Source: Utricularia gibba
Taxonomy: Eukaryota; Plantae; Magnoliophyta
Length of the DNA stretch: 64,000 nucleotides
Reading direction: 5' to 3'
Assembly: GCA_002189035.1 (NCBI GenBank)
Contig: NEEC01000019.1
Coordinates: forward strand, 1,674,001 to 1,738,000
Shown: positions 13,232-25,876 of the stretch, piece after piece
Numbering within the stretch: the stretch's first letter is position 1
How the letters are laid out: every line of letters starts with the position of its first letter
Program-made: the position numbers and the translations under genes
The notes under the pieces: model-generated
What the model was told of the DNA's origin: nothing
Seen by the model: only the letters and a program-made list of their open reading frames with translations
The model's database searches: none

Positions 13232-13563
13232 AATGCAAATCCCCAATCGCTCTCCCCTTTCTCTCTCCTCTCATTTCCTCACATTCAAAGATTCGCTTTT
13301 ACGCGACGGCCCGATTCGTTGTCCTGCGTTTTTCACGCACCCATCTGTCTCGAGATCGGGAAGTAAGCAATACAACAAAACGCCATCTTTTTTTTGCCCT
13401 TTTTTTTTCTGTGTTTGTGGGGGATACGAATACCTATTTGATGAGGATTCCTTTCCCAGATTCTTCTGGTTGTTGATGGAGAACAGTGTTTTCTTTGAAA
13501 TTTGCTGTTTTGGGGGTTAACCGGATTCGGTTTCTGTTGCGTCCGATCTGGGAACACGAGGAA

Positions 13564-14907
13564 ATGGTCATGAACGGACATAACCACGGCGATGTCTCTG
13601 GGAAGAGCAGGGGATGTGAGGGGTATATCCAGGCGTTGGAGGAGGAGAGGCGGAAAATTCAAGTGTTTCAACGGGAATTGCCTCTTTGTTTGGAGCTCGT
13701 TACGCAGGGTGAGAATTTCGATTTCTGGGTTTCCTTGTTAATGCTGTTTGTCGGAATTTCTTTTCTCAAGGGCGTGTTTTTTTTGTGGGTTTGCAGCGAT
13801 TGATTCGTGTAAGCAGCAGTTATCTGGGACGACAGCGGAGTACAATTTTAACGGTCAATCTGAATGCAACTCCGACCAGACTTCCACTCAAACTCCGGTC
13901 TTCGAAGAGTTTATTCCCATTAAAACGACGGCCTTGAGCGAAGAACATGAGTTGAGTAACGGGGATGAGCACAAGAAATCCGATTGGCTTAGATCTGCGC
14001 AGCTCTGGACGAGTCAAACGCCAGATCTAGTTACTAGAGAGGTAGCTTAAATGAATCATTCGTCTGTTAAATCATTTCCGATCTTGATTATGATTTCTGT
14101 TTCAATACCTAGAATTCTCCAAGAAAAGTAGCGGTTGTGGAAGTGGGGAGAAGTGGCGCATTTCATCCTTTTAAGAAGGGGAAAACCAACAAAGACGGTG
14201 GCTCGGTGACCACTTCTCCCCGAGAGGCACCCTCCATTTCACCACCGGCCGCCGCGACAGACGGTGGCGCTGCTAAGAAGGATGATAAAGAGGGGCAGGC
14301 TCAGAGGAAAGCGAGGAGGTGTTGGTCGCCGGAACTACACCGGAGATTTGTGCAAGCTCTTCAACAATTAGGTGGCTCACATGGTAAGCAGTTAACTTCT
14401 ACTAGATCATTTCATATATTTCCTTTTTTACTGAACTCTTCTACTTCCCCAGCTGCTACCCCTAAACAAATTAGAGAGCTCATGAAGGTCGATGGTCTCA
14501 CCAATGATGAAGTTAAGAGCCATTTGCAGGTCAGCTTCCATTTCTGAACAAATTAGCGTTGCAGTTATGATATCTAAATCATCCTCACTCCGTGCTTACA
14601 GAAATATCGGTTACACACAAGACGTCCATCGCCAACTATCCAGTCCAGTACTGCCAATCCACCGCCCCAGTTTGCGGTGGTTGTGGGTGGAATATGGGCC
14701 ATGCCTCCGGAATATGCTACCGTGGCAACCTCCGGGGAGGTGGGTTCCGGTGTTGCCGTGGCGTCCAACGAAATTTGTGCACCCGTAGCTATAAAGTCAT
14801 CCAATTTGGGGTCTAATAGAGGCGGCAGTGGCTGCCGGGACGAGGGCGCTTCCCCCGCCAGCTCATCTTCCTCCCAGACAACCACCGCATCTCCTCCGTT
14901 GTGTTGA
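13564..14907 (+). CDS. HHO: HHO/NIGT1/HRS1-family GARP (G2-like) transcription repressor
   Basis: Exons 13564-13708, 13797-14041, 14113-14383, 14453-14529, 14602-14907. Motifs [83 protein letters not shown]. Confidence 0.95.
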
Positions 14908-16177
14908 GTTTCATAGCCCGTGTTTCCCTGACTGAACCCTTTGTAGAGAGAGGTAAACAAAACTGTGGGTTTTTTTCTTGTTGGGATTAGGGAGGGAGAA
15001 GCTGAGCTCCGATCACCGGTCGGTGATTAACCTTCCAATTCTAAACTTAACTCATGCAGTTTTATTGGTCATTATGTTCACATACTCGCGGTGGGTGCGA
15101 CGAGACGTGGGGCCCGCGCCCCTCGCCTTCCAAAGTTGCCCGTTCTCCGCGTTCTTATCCAAAGTCCCCACACCCGGTTCACAAGAACCGATTCCCACCA
15201 CTGGACCGGTTGAAGCCCTAAAATAATGGGCCACTGTCATTACAGCGGGTCGATGGCGTGATTAGGACTCAACACTGATCTTTTAATTGTACTTATCCGC
15301 GCAAATGAAATAATCAACACGGCTTCGCTGACCAATCATCGTCCGCCAGCGATGCCACCCCCGTACAATTAATATTTACTCTAATTTCCATTAAATGAAT
15401 ATTATTTTCTAAGTCAAAGTCAACAGCTACGTTCATAGTTGTTGACCACTTCCACTCGCAATTGCGTAATAATTTCAAACATTCTCATTGAGCGATTTTG
15501 ATTTTGATTTTTTCAAAAAATCCATTTTTTTTATTTTTGGTCAGTAAATAAATAATATTATTCTGCTGGATATACAAAAAGGCTGTAATATTTGTGTTTT
15601 TTTAATGATTACAGATATTTATTTTATGATAGAAAAAAAGGTGATATTTTTTATGGTGTGGATAAGGCCTCGGGAACACCGTACCGGACAAATTGTTCGC
15701 CTGGCTCCAATTGTCATGGAACCATATCACGTAACGTCCACGTGATCGGGCTTCTTGCTAAAAAAACATGCACATTCATACCACACAGACGCCTGTAATA
15801 ATGCTACAATAATTCAGACCTATCCACAAAATGTAATAAAGTTTTATTCGAACTCAAATTGTAAAGTGTAATTTTAATAAAAATTATTATTATTTTAAAT
15901 GCGATGCAGACCCTTTTACTCCGTCGGGTCAAATCGGGTTTTAAATTAGGGATTGATTGTGAATTAAGTTGTGATTTTGAAATTTAGGGTTAGACGAAGG
16001 GGTACATGTAAAGCGTTTTGATTTCCAGATAAAACAAAAATACAGACACACCAATTTACCAAAATATACAACAATTTTGAGGAAGGCGGCAATCTTGGCA
16101 TCAAGCTTTTGCTCCAAACTGTACGGATGATTGTGGTATGTGGATGGAATCGAGAGTAGGCGGCGGAGGAAGAAAGC

Positions 16178-18295
16178 TCAGGTTTTGAAGACAAGGGTTC
16201 TCTCCCACTGATGTGGTTGGTAGGGAATGAGGCTCGCAATTCTAGTAGCCGGAGGCAATGGTGGCGCGTTGATCTTGTTGGGGACTCTTTCCTGCCAGAC
16301 GACGTTGTTCTCCCGCTCGTATTTCTGCAGCAGCATCTCCAAATCGTCACCCATTTTCTTTAGCTCCGATCTCCATTTCTCCTCCCGGGCGCTGGTTTTC
16401 CTCAGATCATCAATCGCACTGCGAAGATGAACCATGGCCAGCCCGATTTTGCCCTCGGCTCGCAACCCTTGAGCGAGAAACTTGTGACTTGTGGATAAAT
16501 GCAATGCCTTGCTAGCTTGTAGAAATTCCTGAACCATGGAAGATCTATGAATTTAAGACGAGACATGCAATCGAAACAGAGGCTTATGGTGGAGTCGACT
16601 AGATTCGTACCAGAAGGTGAGGAGAAACATCCTTGGACTGTGGGGCGGCAATTTGCATAGCTCTGTCAAGGAATTCCCATACACCGAGATGTAGTGCCAC
16701 TATTAAGCCGCCGGACTTCCTGCCTTCTTCTGCCTTCTTTGCTGCTACTGCCTGCAATTTGTTGAAACGAATGAAGATCAGATGACTTGTTCATGATGGT
16801 TTCGATTTCGTTTTCGAGTGCTACACACCTGAGCCCCTGCCAGGCAGATGGCACTCATAGCAGAACATATACTGCATGTAGATTCAGGTGGTGCTCCTTG
16901 TGTGTTTCTACTCAGTTTTGTATTAACATCCTCAGCTAAATAGTTGAATACTCCGGCAGCTTTTCTGAAAAGGTTTCCTGATTTAACCATATCTACACCC
17001 ACAACCAAGAAAAGGCACACAATTATACAAAATGCAAGCACAGCAGAATCATACGAAACGTGTCGTGGAAACTCGATTACGTGCTACAAAATGGTATCTT
17101 CAGTCGTACCTGAGGTGAGTAACTCTAGTGCACGGTCGTGAAGGAGAGTGGCATATAGGAAAAGGGTCATTCCCAGCTCGAAATAGATGTCATTGATCTG
17201 ATAAAACTTTGGACCTTGAAAGGGAAATATGAATGATGGAGCAAGCACACTACTCCATCGGATTTGAAGGTCTGAGATCCATCTGCCAATTCGTGGGTGT
17301 TCTTGATTTTCATTAACATGGTTAACCAGGTTTTCCAGAAGAGGTTTATACTGTTCCAGCTTCTGAATACCCTGAGGAAAGTCATCAAATGATTAGTTCA
17401 GGTAATCGATAACAGAAAATAACAGAAGATTTGTGACAACATGATCAAGTATCGAAGCAGAACGAGTTAAATGGTGGTAGCAGGTCGGCATAGTATTGCT
17501 TCAACAACATTTGCTTCGCTTGTTTCGTATTAGAGTTGAAATTGTGTGACCACCCTGCAATTTATCTAAGTGTTTCTTCACCTGCTCAATGTGGGAAGTG
17601 AGCCCACCAGAGATTTCCCTAGCAATTGCCTCAGTAACAAAGCTGCTCTCATTCACAAACTCCTCAACTGCCTTGCGCCTGGCGCTCAACTCTTTCAAAT
17701 GTTCAAGTGTCAATGAATCACTAGCCAAGATCACATCTTCATACACGATCTGGAAACCCCACAAAGCAGTGAACTTAGCACCAGTTGTTATAATAGCACC
17801 ATAAACTGCACAAGTTTTATCGATCACTCAGTCCCACAAACCAATGTCGCTAAAAGCACCAAAAGGCGCATCGCGTCGCCCACTTTAGAAGTCACGAACA
17901 CGAAATGCATAGATTTTAATCATTCAGAAAAAATCCAATGAAGTTAGCTTTTCTTGTCTCTCAAAATGCAAAAAAGAGCAACCAAAGGCATCAGGCTTGT
18001 TCACCAAACCACTTCTCTACCGAATTCATTTTTTATGGTTTAAAAAATCAAGCAGGTTTCAATCATTCCAGGAATCCAGCAAAGCAATGAAATCACACTA
18101 GCACAAAAAAAAGCGGAATCACGAATAAATATGCTTTCTGCGGCACACTTTCAATCCAAACTTTTTCAGATACTTTCAACATAAGTGAGTAGAATAGCAA
18201 TCAGATTCATAAACTTCTAGAAAAAGCAGAAACTATAAAAACGCGGTTACCCGTTTGGTTTTCAGCTTTGAAAGGCCTGAATAAGTTATCATCAT
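16178..18295 (-). CDS. BRO1-domain (endosomal targeting) protein, At1g13310-like
   Basis: Exons 18295-18251, 17749-17582, 17371-17110, 16992-16829, 16751-16611, 16528-16178, all phase-compatible. Motifs IVYEDV..SDS.TLEHLKELSARR, EAIAREISGGLTS, FELGMTLFLYA, KYERENNVVWQERVP. Confidence 0.88.
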
Positions 18296-18519
18296 CTTCG
18301 AAAACCCAAATTCTTTACGCGATCAGATTACTTCTTAATCCTAACAAATCTTCACGTTCAACCCAACCGACCGAAAACAACAAACCCTGATAATCCCGAT
18401 TTCTTAGATCATCATCTTCAGCATGAAGCCCAATAAGAAAATATGATATTGTCGAATCTTGATCATTAAGATTCCTAAACGCATAGGCTCTGACGTTGAC
18501 TTTCAGTTGACTCAACTAG

Positions 18520-18600
18520 TTGGGCAGGGTAATGGGCTTTTGTAATATTGTATGTGGGCCATTTCGTAGTAAGCCCGATAAATATTGTAATATTTTAAAT
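18520..18600. promoter_or_regulatory. Site II (TGGGCY) elements in the 411-bp head-to-head BRO1/MED25 gap
   Basis: AATGGGCT, GTGGGCCA and AAGCCCGA between divergent ATGs 18295 and 18707. Confidence 0.45.
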
Positions 18601-18706
18601 CGTTTACCTTTTTAAATATATTAAAATTTCAAATTAAAGAGCAGATTTCTAAACCCCCAGGCGCTGGATTTTGGCCACCGGCGGAACTGGAATTGGTTTC
18701 AGGGGG

Positions 18707-21700
18707 ATGGTGACGAAACAGCTGATTATAGCCGTTGAAGGCACGGCGGCGCTAGGGCCATTCTGGAACACCATCGTGTCTGATTACCTAGACAAGATTA
18801 TACGGTATTTCGATATGGCGTTAGCCTTTGTGTAGGGCAATTAGTGTGTCGAAAATTCTGTAAGATTACTGTTTTTCTTTTCTAATTTTGAGAAAGATTG
18901 AGAAGGGCGAGTTTTGGGAACCCGACTGTTTTGATTTTTTTTGTAGTTTTCTTTTTTATGTTTGTTTGAGAAATAAAGGCGTTGACGATCGCCTTGTTGT
19001 GGCTGCATCACTAGGTGATGATTGTATCTTGATTTTTTCTGTAAATCCGGATACACAAGAAGGGATAAGCAAGAATTTATTTGAGAATCAAAATCCAAGA
19101 TATGCATTTAGTTGTGCACGACCTTTAGTTTAGTTTACTCTCTTTCGAGGTTATGCCTGAAAGGCTATGATGTTTATAGAGATCTAGCAGTTTTTTTCTT
19201 GAGAAGTAAGAGGACTTGATATTTGTTTTTGTTTATACGTCTTTTTCTAAATTGTGGTAGAGGAGGTTGTACCTAGACTGTTGCTTTCGCTTGATTTTAG
19301 TTAAATCTTTTGCTTTTTTACCTCACCGATATAGAGTTTATAGCTGCTTTCATATTCACTTCTAAATGTCAAGTTTGAATCTAAAATCCTGTAATTTTTT
19401 CCCGAAATCTACTTCAAGATGAATTTTTGAGTTTGTACTTGTGTGTCTAGGTGCTTCTGCAGTGCTGAGCATTCTGGACAGGTACAAGGAGCAATGCGCA
19501 TGCTATTTCCTTAGATTCCATATGTCTATATACTCTTTCTTGGTTATATTTAAAATCTCATATTTGGCTCATGTTCTGTTCTTTTCATTCCAGAAGCTGC
19601 CCAATCGTCATGTTGAACTCTCTCTGGTCATGTTCAGTGGTCATGGTTCCTATAGTGGTAACTTGCCTGTTCCCATCAATCAATTCAATGCCTTTTCTAT
19701 GGGCAATTATCATGTTTTTTTTTTAGCTTGCCTTGTGCAAAGGAGCGGTTGGACAAAAGACATGGATACATATTTCCAGTGGCTTTCGACTATACCATTT
19801 GTTGGCGGTGGCTTCAATGATGCTGCTGTTGCTGAAGGGCTTTCAGAAGTTTTGATGGTGAGTTATACTAAAGAAAAACGATCGTCCTCTTCAACTTTAA
19901 ATTGGACTTCATTCTGACTAGAACTGCTTGGATGTGACTGCTAGAGATACCCATGCCACCATATTGGGATTGTTTTGCAGAGTTTATCTTGATGGCATAT
20001 CGTGTTTCATTTGTGGTATTAGAAGTTGATGAAATGAGAAGAAGTCGAATATCTTAAAGTTCAAATGCTTATTGCATTTGTGGAAAGGGACGCTCTAAGT
20101 TTTTTTTAGAATGCTTCAGGGCTTAAGTTTGGGAAAAAGCAAAAAGTATTTTGTGGTGCATCGATGGGAAGCTAAGCTGCATAAAACATGGCTCTAATTT
20201 GAACATTCTTCATGTTAGATGTTCGCATTGCCAAATGGAAACCAAAACGTGGAAGTGCAAAGGCATTGTATTCTCATTGCTGCTAGCAACCCTTATCCTC
20301 TGCCAACACCAGTATATAGACCGCAGATACAGAAACTTGATAAGGGTGATAATTTAGAGTCACAACCTGACAGCCGACTCTTTGATGCAGAAGGTTTAGC
20401 AAAATCTTTTCCTCAGGTACTTTTGGTAGATGTCTGCCTTCTTTGTCACAGGGCTTTCACTAAGATGATGCCATTTTCCTTGTGCAGTGTGGCGTTTCTC
20501 TTTCTGTTATTTGTCCCAAACAGCTTCCTAAACTTCGAGGAATATACAATGCGGTATGGATTCTATTCCTGTATTTTTTGTTGTTATCTGGTCGCGTTTT
20601 GTAAAGATATTGCCCCACGCCAAAGTTAAATACTGTGTTTTATACGGATCAGTGCTCCTGGCTGAGCGTTTCTAATGTGATTCTCTTCTCTGTATCTACT
20701 GACCCTGATTAATTTAACTTGGGTCAAGAAAAGTGAACTCAGTTTTACAAGGTTTTAAATTGACTGGTTACTGATTTAGGGAAAACACAATCCTAGAGCT
20801 GCGGATCCACCTGTGGAAAACATAAAAAATCCATCTTTTCTTGTTCTGATATCGGAGAACTTTATGGAGGCCCTTCGATCTGGTATAGCAAATCCACCTT
20901 CAAATCTAAACACTGCCAAGACAGATGCCACGACTGCTGTGTCTGTTTCTGGGACGGCTCCTCCAGCTGCTGCCCCCCAGGTTAGTTTTTCCCATCAATT
21001 TCTTGCTCCTTTTCGTTGATAGTCCTTGTTGCTTCGTGGATAAAAATGTAAGACAATTCTTTCCAGCTAATGGATCAGTTGGGGTGCGACCACCCATATC
21101 TTCTGTTCACAATGCACCAGCAACTGTGAAAGTGGAACCGACCACCATAGCCTCTATGCCAGGGCCTACAATGCCATATGCTCCAGCCCCTAGAGCTACT
21201 TCTCAAGCTGTTCCATCTTTGCAGGCCCCTCCACCGTTGCTGACGTCTCAGGAAATGATTTCAAATAATGATAATGCACCAGAAACGAAGCCGTTGGCTA
21301 ATAGTACAGCTCCATCATTACGACCTTCTGGGGCTGCTGCAAATGTGAGAATCTTAAATGGTGTGGCTCAAGCCCGCCTAGGTGGAGGTACTTCTATTGG
21401 GGGTGCTCCTATGCTCTCAACCATGATATCTAGTGGGCTGACTTCTTCTATTCCGCCGGATCAAACCGTAGTATCATCAGCTTCGGCAGGTGCTACATCA
21501 ATATCTGGGCCTTTACCAGTGTCTGCGGCTGGACCAGTTGCTAATTCTACTCCAGCACCATTTATTCCTTCTGCTTCAAATCCCGTTATTAATGGAATGG
21601 GAAATATTGGCCTCAGTCAGACAATCCCAAGCATGAGTCAAGGAAATCTTCCTGCCACACAAATGGTGCAAAATGGGATGAGTATTAACCCGAATATGAT

Positions 21701-23311
21701 GAGTGGGAACGGTGTCTCCACTATGGCCTCAGGAAATGGTACCATGATGCCTACTCCAGGGATGTCTCAGCAAGGGCAACCTGGAATGCAGGCTATGGGT
21801 GTGAATAACAGCAATTCTGTGACAAATATGCCATTGAATCAGCAGACTTCAAGCACCATGCAGTCAGCACAATCAAAATATGTGAAACTCTGGGAGGTAG
21901 ATATAAACTCATTTTCTATTTACTATATAAAATCAGACAGTTGCAGTTGTCTTATTAGTTATTGAAATGAACTTACATGATGTAAAACAGGGGAATCTTT
22001 CTGGCCAGAGACAAGGTCAGCCTGTTTTCATCACCAGACTCGAGGTATTTATGAAGCACTTTGCTATCACTTCAAGGATCACATTTTATTGAAGGCATGC
22101 GACTGTAATGAGGATTCAGTTTGTTGTTCACTCTAAGTGACCGGAGTGCGAGTGCACTTTATTGTGATGATGCATTTAATTTATTTTCTAAAGTGAGAGA
22201 GTTAAGCATAAATAGAATGTTTTTTTATTTAATTTTGAAATGTTATTGCATGCTGATTGTTGGGCTTAATTCCAAAAAAAGCTGGGGGTGAAGGGGCAAA
22301 AAAGAACCATAGGCTCCACGAAACACGACCATGGTCTTCATTGGTAATTGCTTGATCAGTTCTTATTCTTGTGTACTTTCTCAGGGATTTCGGAATGTCA
22401 CTGCTTCCGAGACGTAAGTGTGCACCGAAGAGATGCCATCTGCTCCAAGTTTTTTGACATTATTTTTCACGTAACTTGGTTATTAACTACATTCCATCTT
22501 GTCAGTCTTGCTGCAAATTGGCCTCCAACAATGCAGATCGTACGCCTGATATCACAAGATCACATGAGTAACAAGTAGTACTCTTGTGTAAAAGTTGTTG
22601 TTTTTATTGATGTTCTAATGATTGTGATTAATTTTTCATATTTCCGTGCACATTGTTCCAGGCAGCATGCTGGGAAAGCTGACTTTTTGGTTTTCCGGGC
22701 GATGAATCAGCATGGTTTTCTTGGACAGCTTCAAGAGAAGAAGCTAGTAAGTTTTCATCTGCATCAGTTCACTTCCCTCATTTTGCTGCTGATATTCACT
22801 CGAGACTTGAAATGTAGAGAGCTTCAATCTCATTGTCACTTCACTTGCCAAACTGCAGTGTGCGGTGATACAGCTCCCATCTCAAACGCTGCTGCTCTCG
22901 GTTTCGGACAAAGCACATCGTCTGATCGGAATGCTTTTTCCTGGGGTATCCAAACATCTCAATGCAACTGATGATGGACTTCTTAGCATCCGTTTTATCT
23001 TCCTAACTCTTACTCTTTTTCCAGGATATGGTCGTATTTAAACCACAGACATCCAGCCAGCAGCAACAACTACAAGGCCAAATGCAGCAGCAGCAGCCAT
23101 CGGCTCAACAGCAACAGCAGCCTCAGCCTCTCATGCAGATGCAGCAACAGCAGCAACCAATGCAGCAGCTTCAACAGCAGCATCCCATTTCGCAGATGCA
23201 GCAGGAGCAACAACAAATGCCGCAACTTCAGCAGCAGCAACAGAGCCACAGCAACAGATGGGAATGAATCAGTGGATTACTTCTCTCAAGTACGCTGGTT
23301 TCATGAGCTAA
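18707..23311 (+). CDS. MED25: Mediator subunit 25 (PFT1); two apparent 1-bp deletions (about 20973-20978 and 23244)
   Basis: vWA start MVTKQLIIAVEGTAALGPFW, ACLVQRSGWTKD, RHCILIAASNP, ACID domain KYVKLWEG...QGFLGQLQEKKLCAVIQLPSQTLLLSV, polyQ tail. 14 exons from 18707-18804 to 23025-23311. The -1 frame ends ...YAGFMS* at 23311, against W E* at 23267 as written. Confidence 0.93.
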
Positions 23312-23610
23312 GAGGAGGCGTTTCTGTTAAGCAGAGATCTCATGTGTAGGCATCAGTTGGTAAGTTAACCAGCCTTGATCATCAGTATTCCTGATGTGGG
23401 TTATTATCTTATCAAGAAAATGCACGTGTAAATGGATATTATTTTCCTGTAAAATGTATTTGTAGCTTTTTAGTTTTTACGGAATTTAAAATAAAAAAGG
23501 GGTTATAAATAAGTTGGCGGGCAAGATGAATTCGAGCTCCATTTGAAAGGCTAATCACGAGAAACCGACCGACGAAGACATCGCACCGCTCCGCCCTCGA
23601 GAGATCAACG

Positions 23611-24941
23611 ATGCCCCGAAACCGGATGGCGCAGAAGGTCGGAGCGAAACTTTTAGAAATTCGATAGTTCGTTTGATTTTAGGGCACTGATCGGAATCTG
23701 TTTTGGTTGCCTCGTGTGTCCATTTGCAGGGATTGTTCTCAATTTCGTCAACGAGGTAGGTATTTCTGAGAGTTCATGTTAATCTGCTTCTGTTGTTTCT
23801 AGGGCACCATTGAATCTTGGTGTTCACTATTATCGCCGATTTGTTTTTCCTTTTCTCCACATGGTAATCTGCTTCTGTTTCTGGGATGGAAACTATGAGT
23901 CTAGTTGTGTGTTTGACTGGGAAGATATGTGGGCTCTGAATGTATTTTCATGGTTTCATAGGGCGAAGTGAACTTCAATATCCTGCTCTTGTGTATGGTT
24001 AACTGGCTGTAGTCCATTTGTTTTGAGGGTTTGCATCTTTCTGCAGCAAAACAGGCCGTTGAATTCCCAATACGCGGCTGATTGCTTGCAAAAATTTAAC
24101 CTCAAAAAGACTGCAGTGCAAAAAGCATTGGATGTTTTAGCTGACAGTGGGAGAATATTATTCAAAGAGTATGGAAAGCAGAAAATATATCTCGCTAGGC
24201 AAGATCAGTTTGCCATTCCAAACAGCGATGAACTCAATCAGATGAAAGATGGAAATGCGAAATTGCAACAACATCTTGATGAACAGAAGAAGGCTATTTT
24301 GGATGTTGAAGCAGGCATGAGAAACTCCTCTTCTTTGTTCACATAAGCTCTCTTCTCTTGTTCTCATCCAACCGATTTCGCCATGAAATTTCTCATGTTT
24401 ACACTTACTACTCAGAGATAAAAGCCTTGCAATCAAATTTGACACTGGAGGAGATACAGACCAAGACTGCCAACCTTTTGGATGAGGTAGTGGCCACGCC
24501 CTGATAAAAGAAATTGTGAATTTCTCTCGTCAACTGTACATCTATTGTATTGGGGCAATCCCACAATGACATGCAGGTTAAGCGAATGGAAGAGAAGCTG
24601 ATTCAATTAAGGCAAGGTGTTACACTGGTTAGTCCCCAAGAGCGGCAGGCTGTAGAAAAGTTCTACGTTGACATGATAACTCAGTGGAGAAAACGGAAAA
24701 GGATGTTCAGAGATTTCTGGGATGCCATAACCGAGAACTCCCCGAAAGATCTCAAAGAATTCAAGGTATCATCTTCCTTACACTAGTAGCTACCACTTAT
24801 GTAAAAACTGGATAGTCTAACTTCATAATTGGAATTGCGTAGGAGGAACTGGGAATCGAGTATGATGAAGATGCTGCCGTTAGCTTGAGTTCGTACTGTG
24901 ACTTAATGCCAAAGGACAACAAGAGGGCTAGATGCAACTGA
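23611..24941 (+). CDS. HOP2: Homologous-pairing protein 2 (AHP2); apparent 1-bp deletion just after the ATG; GC-AG intron 3
   Basis: Exons 23611-23637, 23730-23755, 24047-24314, 24416-24486, 24577-24765, 24843-24941. Motifs IVLNFVNEQNRPLN, FKEYGKQKIY, QWRKRKRMFRD, ELGIEYDED. Confidence 0.93.
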
Positions 24942-25876
24942 TTCATCAAAGGTATGATATTCATTACCTTCGACTGTAATCACATAACCTTCTTACCTGG
25001 CAACAACAAGGAATTAGGATGCATTTTCTTAGAGTCTAGACTTGATATACCTACGCTCTGTCTCTGGTGGGTCATCCTCCTCCACCGAGTATCCTTTTTC
25101 ACTTGAAAGCACGTCACCCGGACTTGCAGTAAACGTTGGATCAAACTCCGTTAATTTTTCCTAGAGAAATAAAAAAAAAAACATATCGCAATTTTTACAA
25201 ATCACTTTTTCCGATTTTGTTTTACATATATCGATTATATTATGAGCTACTTCATGATTGGTATTCAATAATTTCAGGGAAATACAAAAAGAGCGCCTCG
25301 AATGTCGGGCGGCCCCGACGAATGGTATTTTTTTAATGTTTGTCGTATTGTTAGCAGTGGGACTCGGTGACACCTCATGTAAAATTGGGTAATAAGGTGG
25401 TGGTTAGTTTTTTAACCTATTAAATGAAATTACAAGGGCTCATCATGTGTCCGAGAAATGTATGTGAAAACAACAGTAATAAATGACATAATGTGATATA
25501 TAACTTGAAGCAACAGGGTCAAGCATACAGATCTCCAGCTCGGAAAGAAGACAGCAATGGGAAATGAAGAAGATCACGTAGGACAAGAGAGGTTGCAGTG
25601 ACGCAGGAATCTCTGCGTGAATGAGCGAGGCGTATTCTGGGACACCATTGGAACAAAAAAAAAGTTGAAAACTTGAGAAAGGTTCTGGGTCCCCCTCCCG
25701 GTCAGCCCCCCATGGCCGTAATCACATGCTGTTATCCATTGCACTTTGCAATCTCATCCTCAGAGAACTCGACAATTCATGCCCATCTTCTCTCCCTTTT
25801 TCACATGACTCTCACGCTTCCCGTTGATATATCCTTCACCCCTTCACGAGATTTGTGCTCCCACTCAACTCCAAGA

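Noticed and set aside
18320-18420. C/D-box-like pair (ATGATGA...CTGA) on the minus strand, and 66-aa ORF 18315-18515
   Set aside because: Only a 2-bp terminal stem, no recognisable rRNA guide, and it lies in the BRO1 5' leader.
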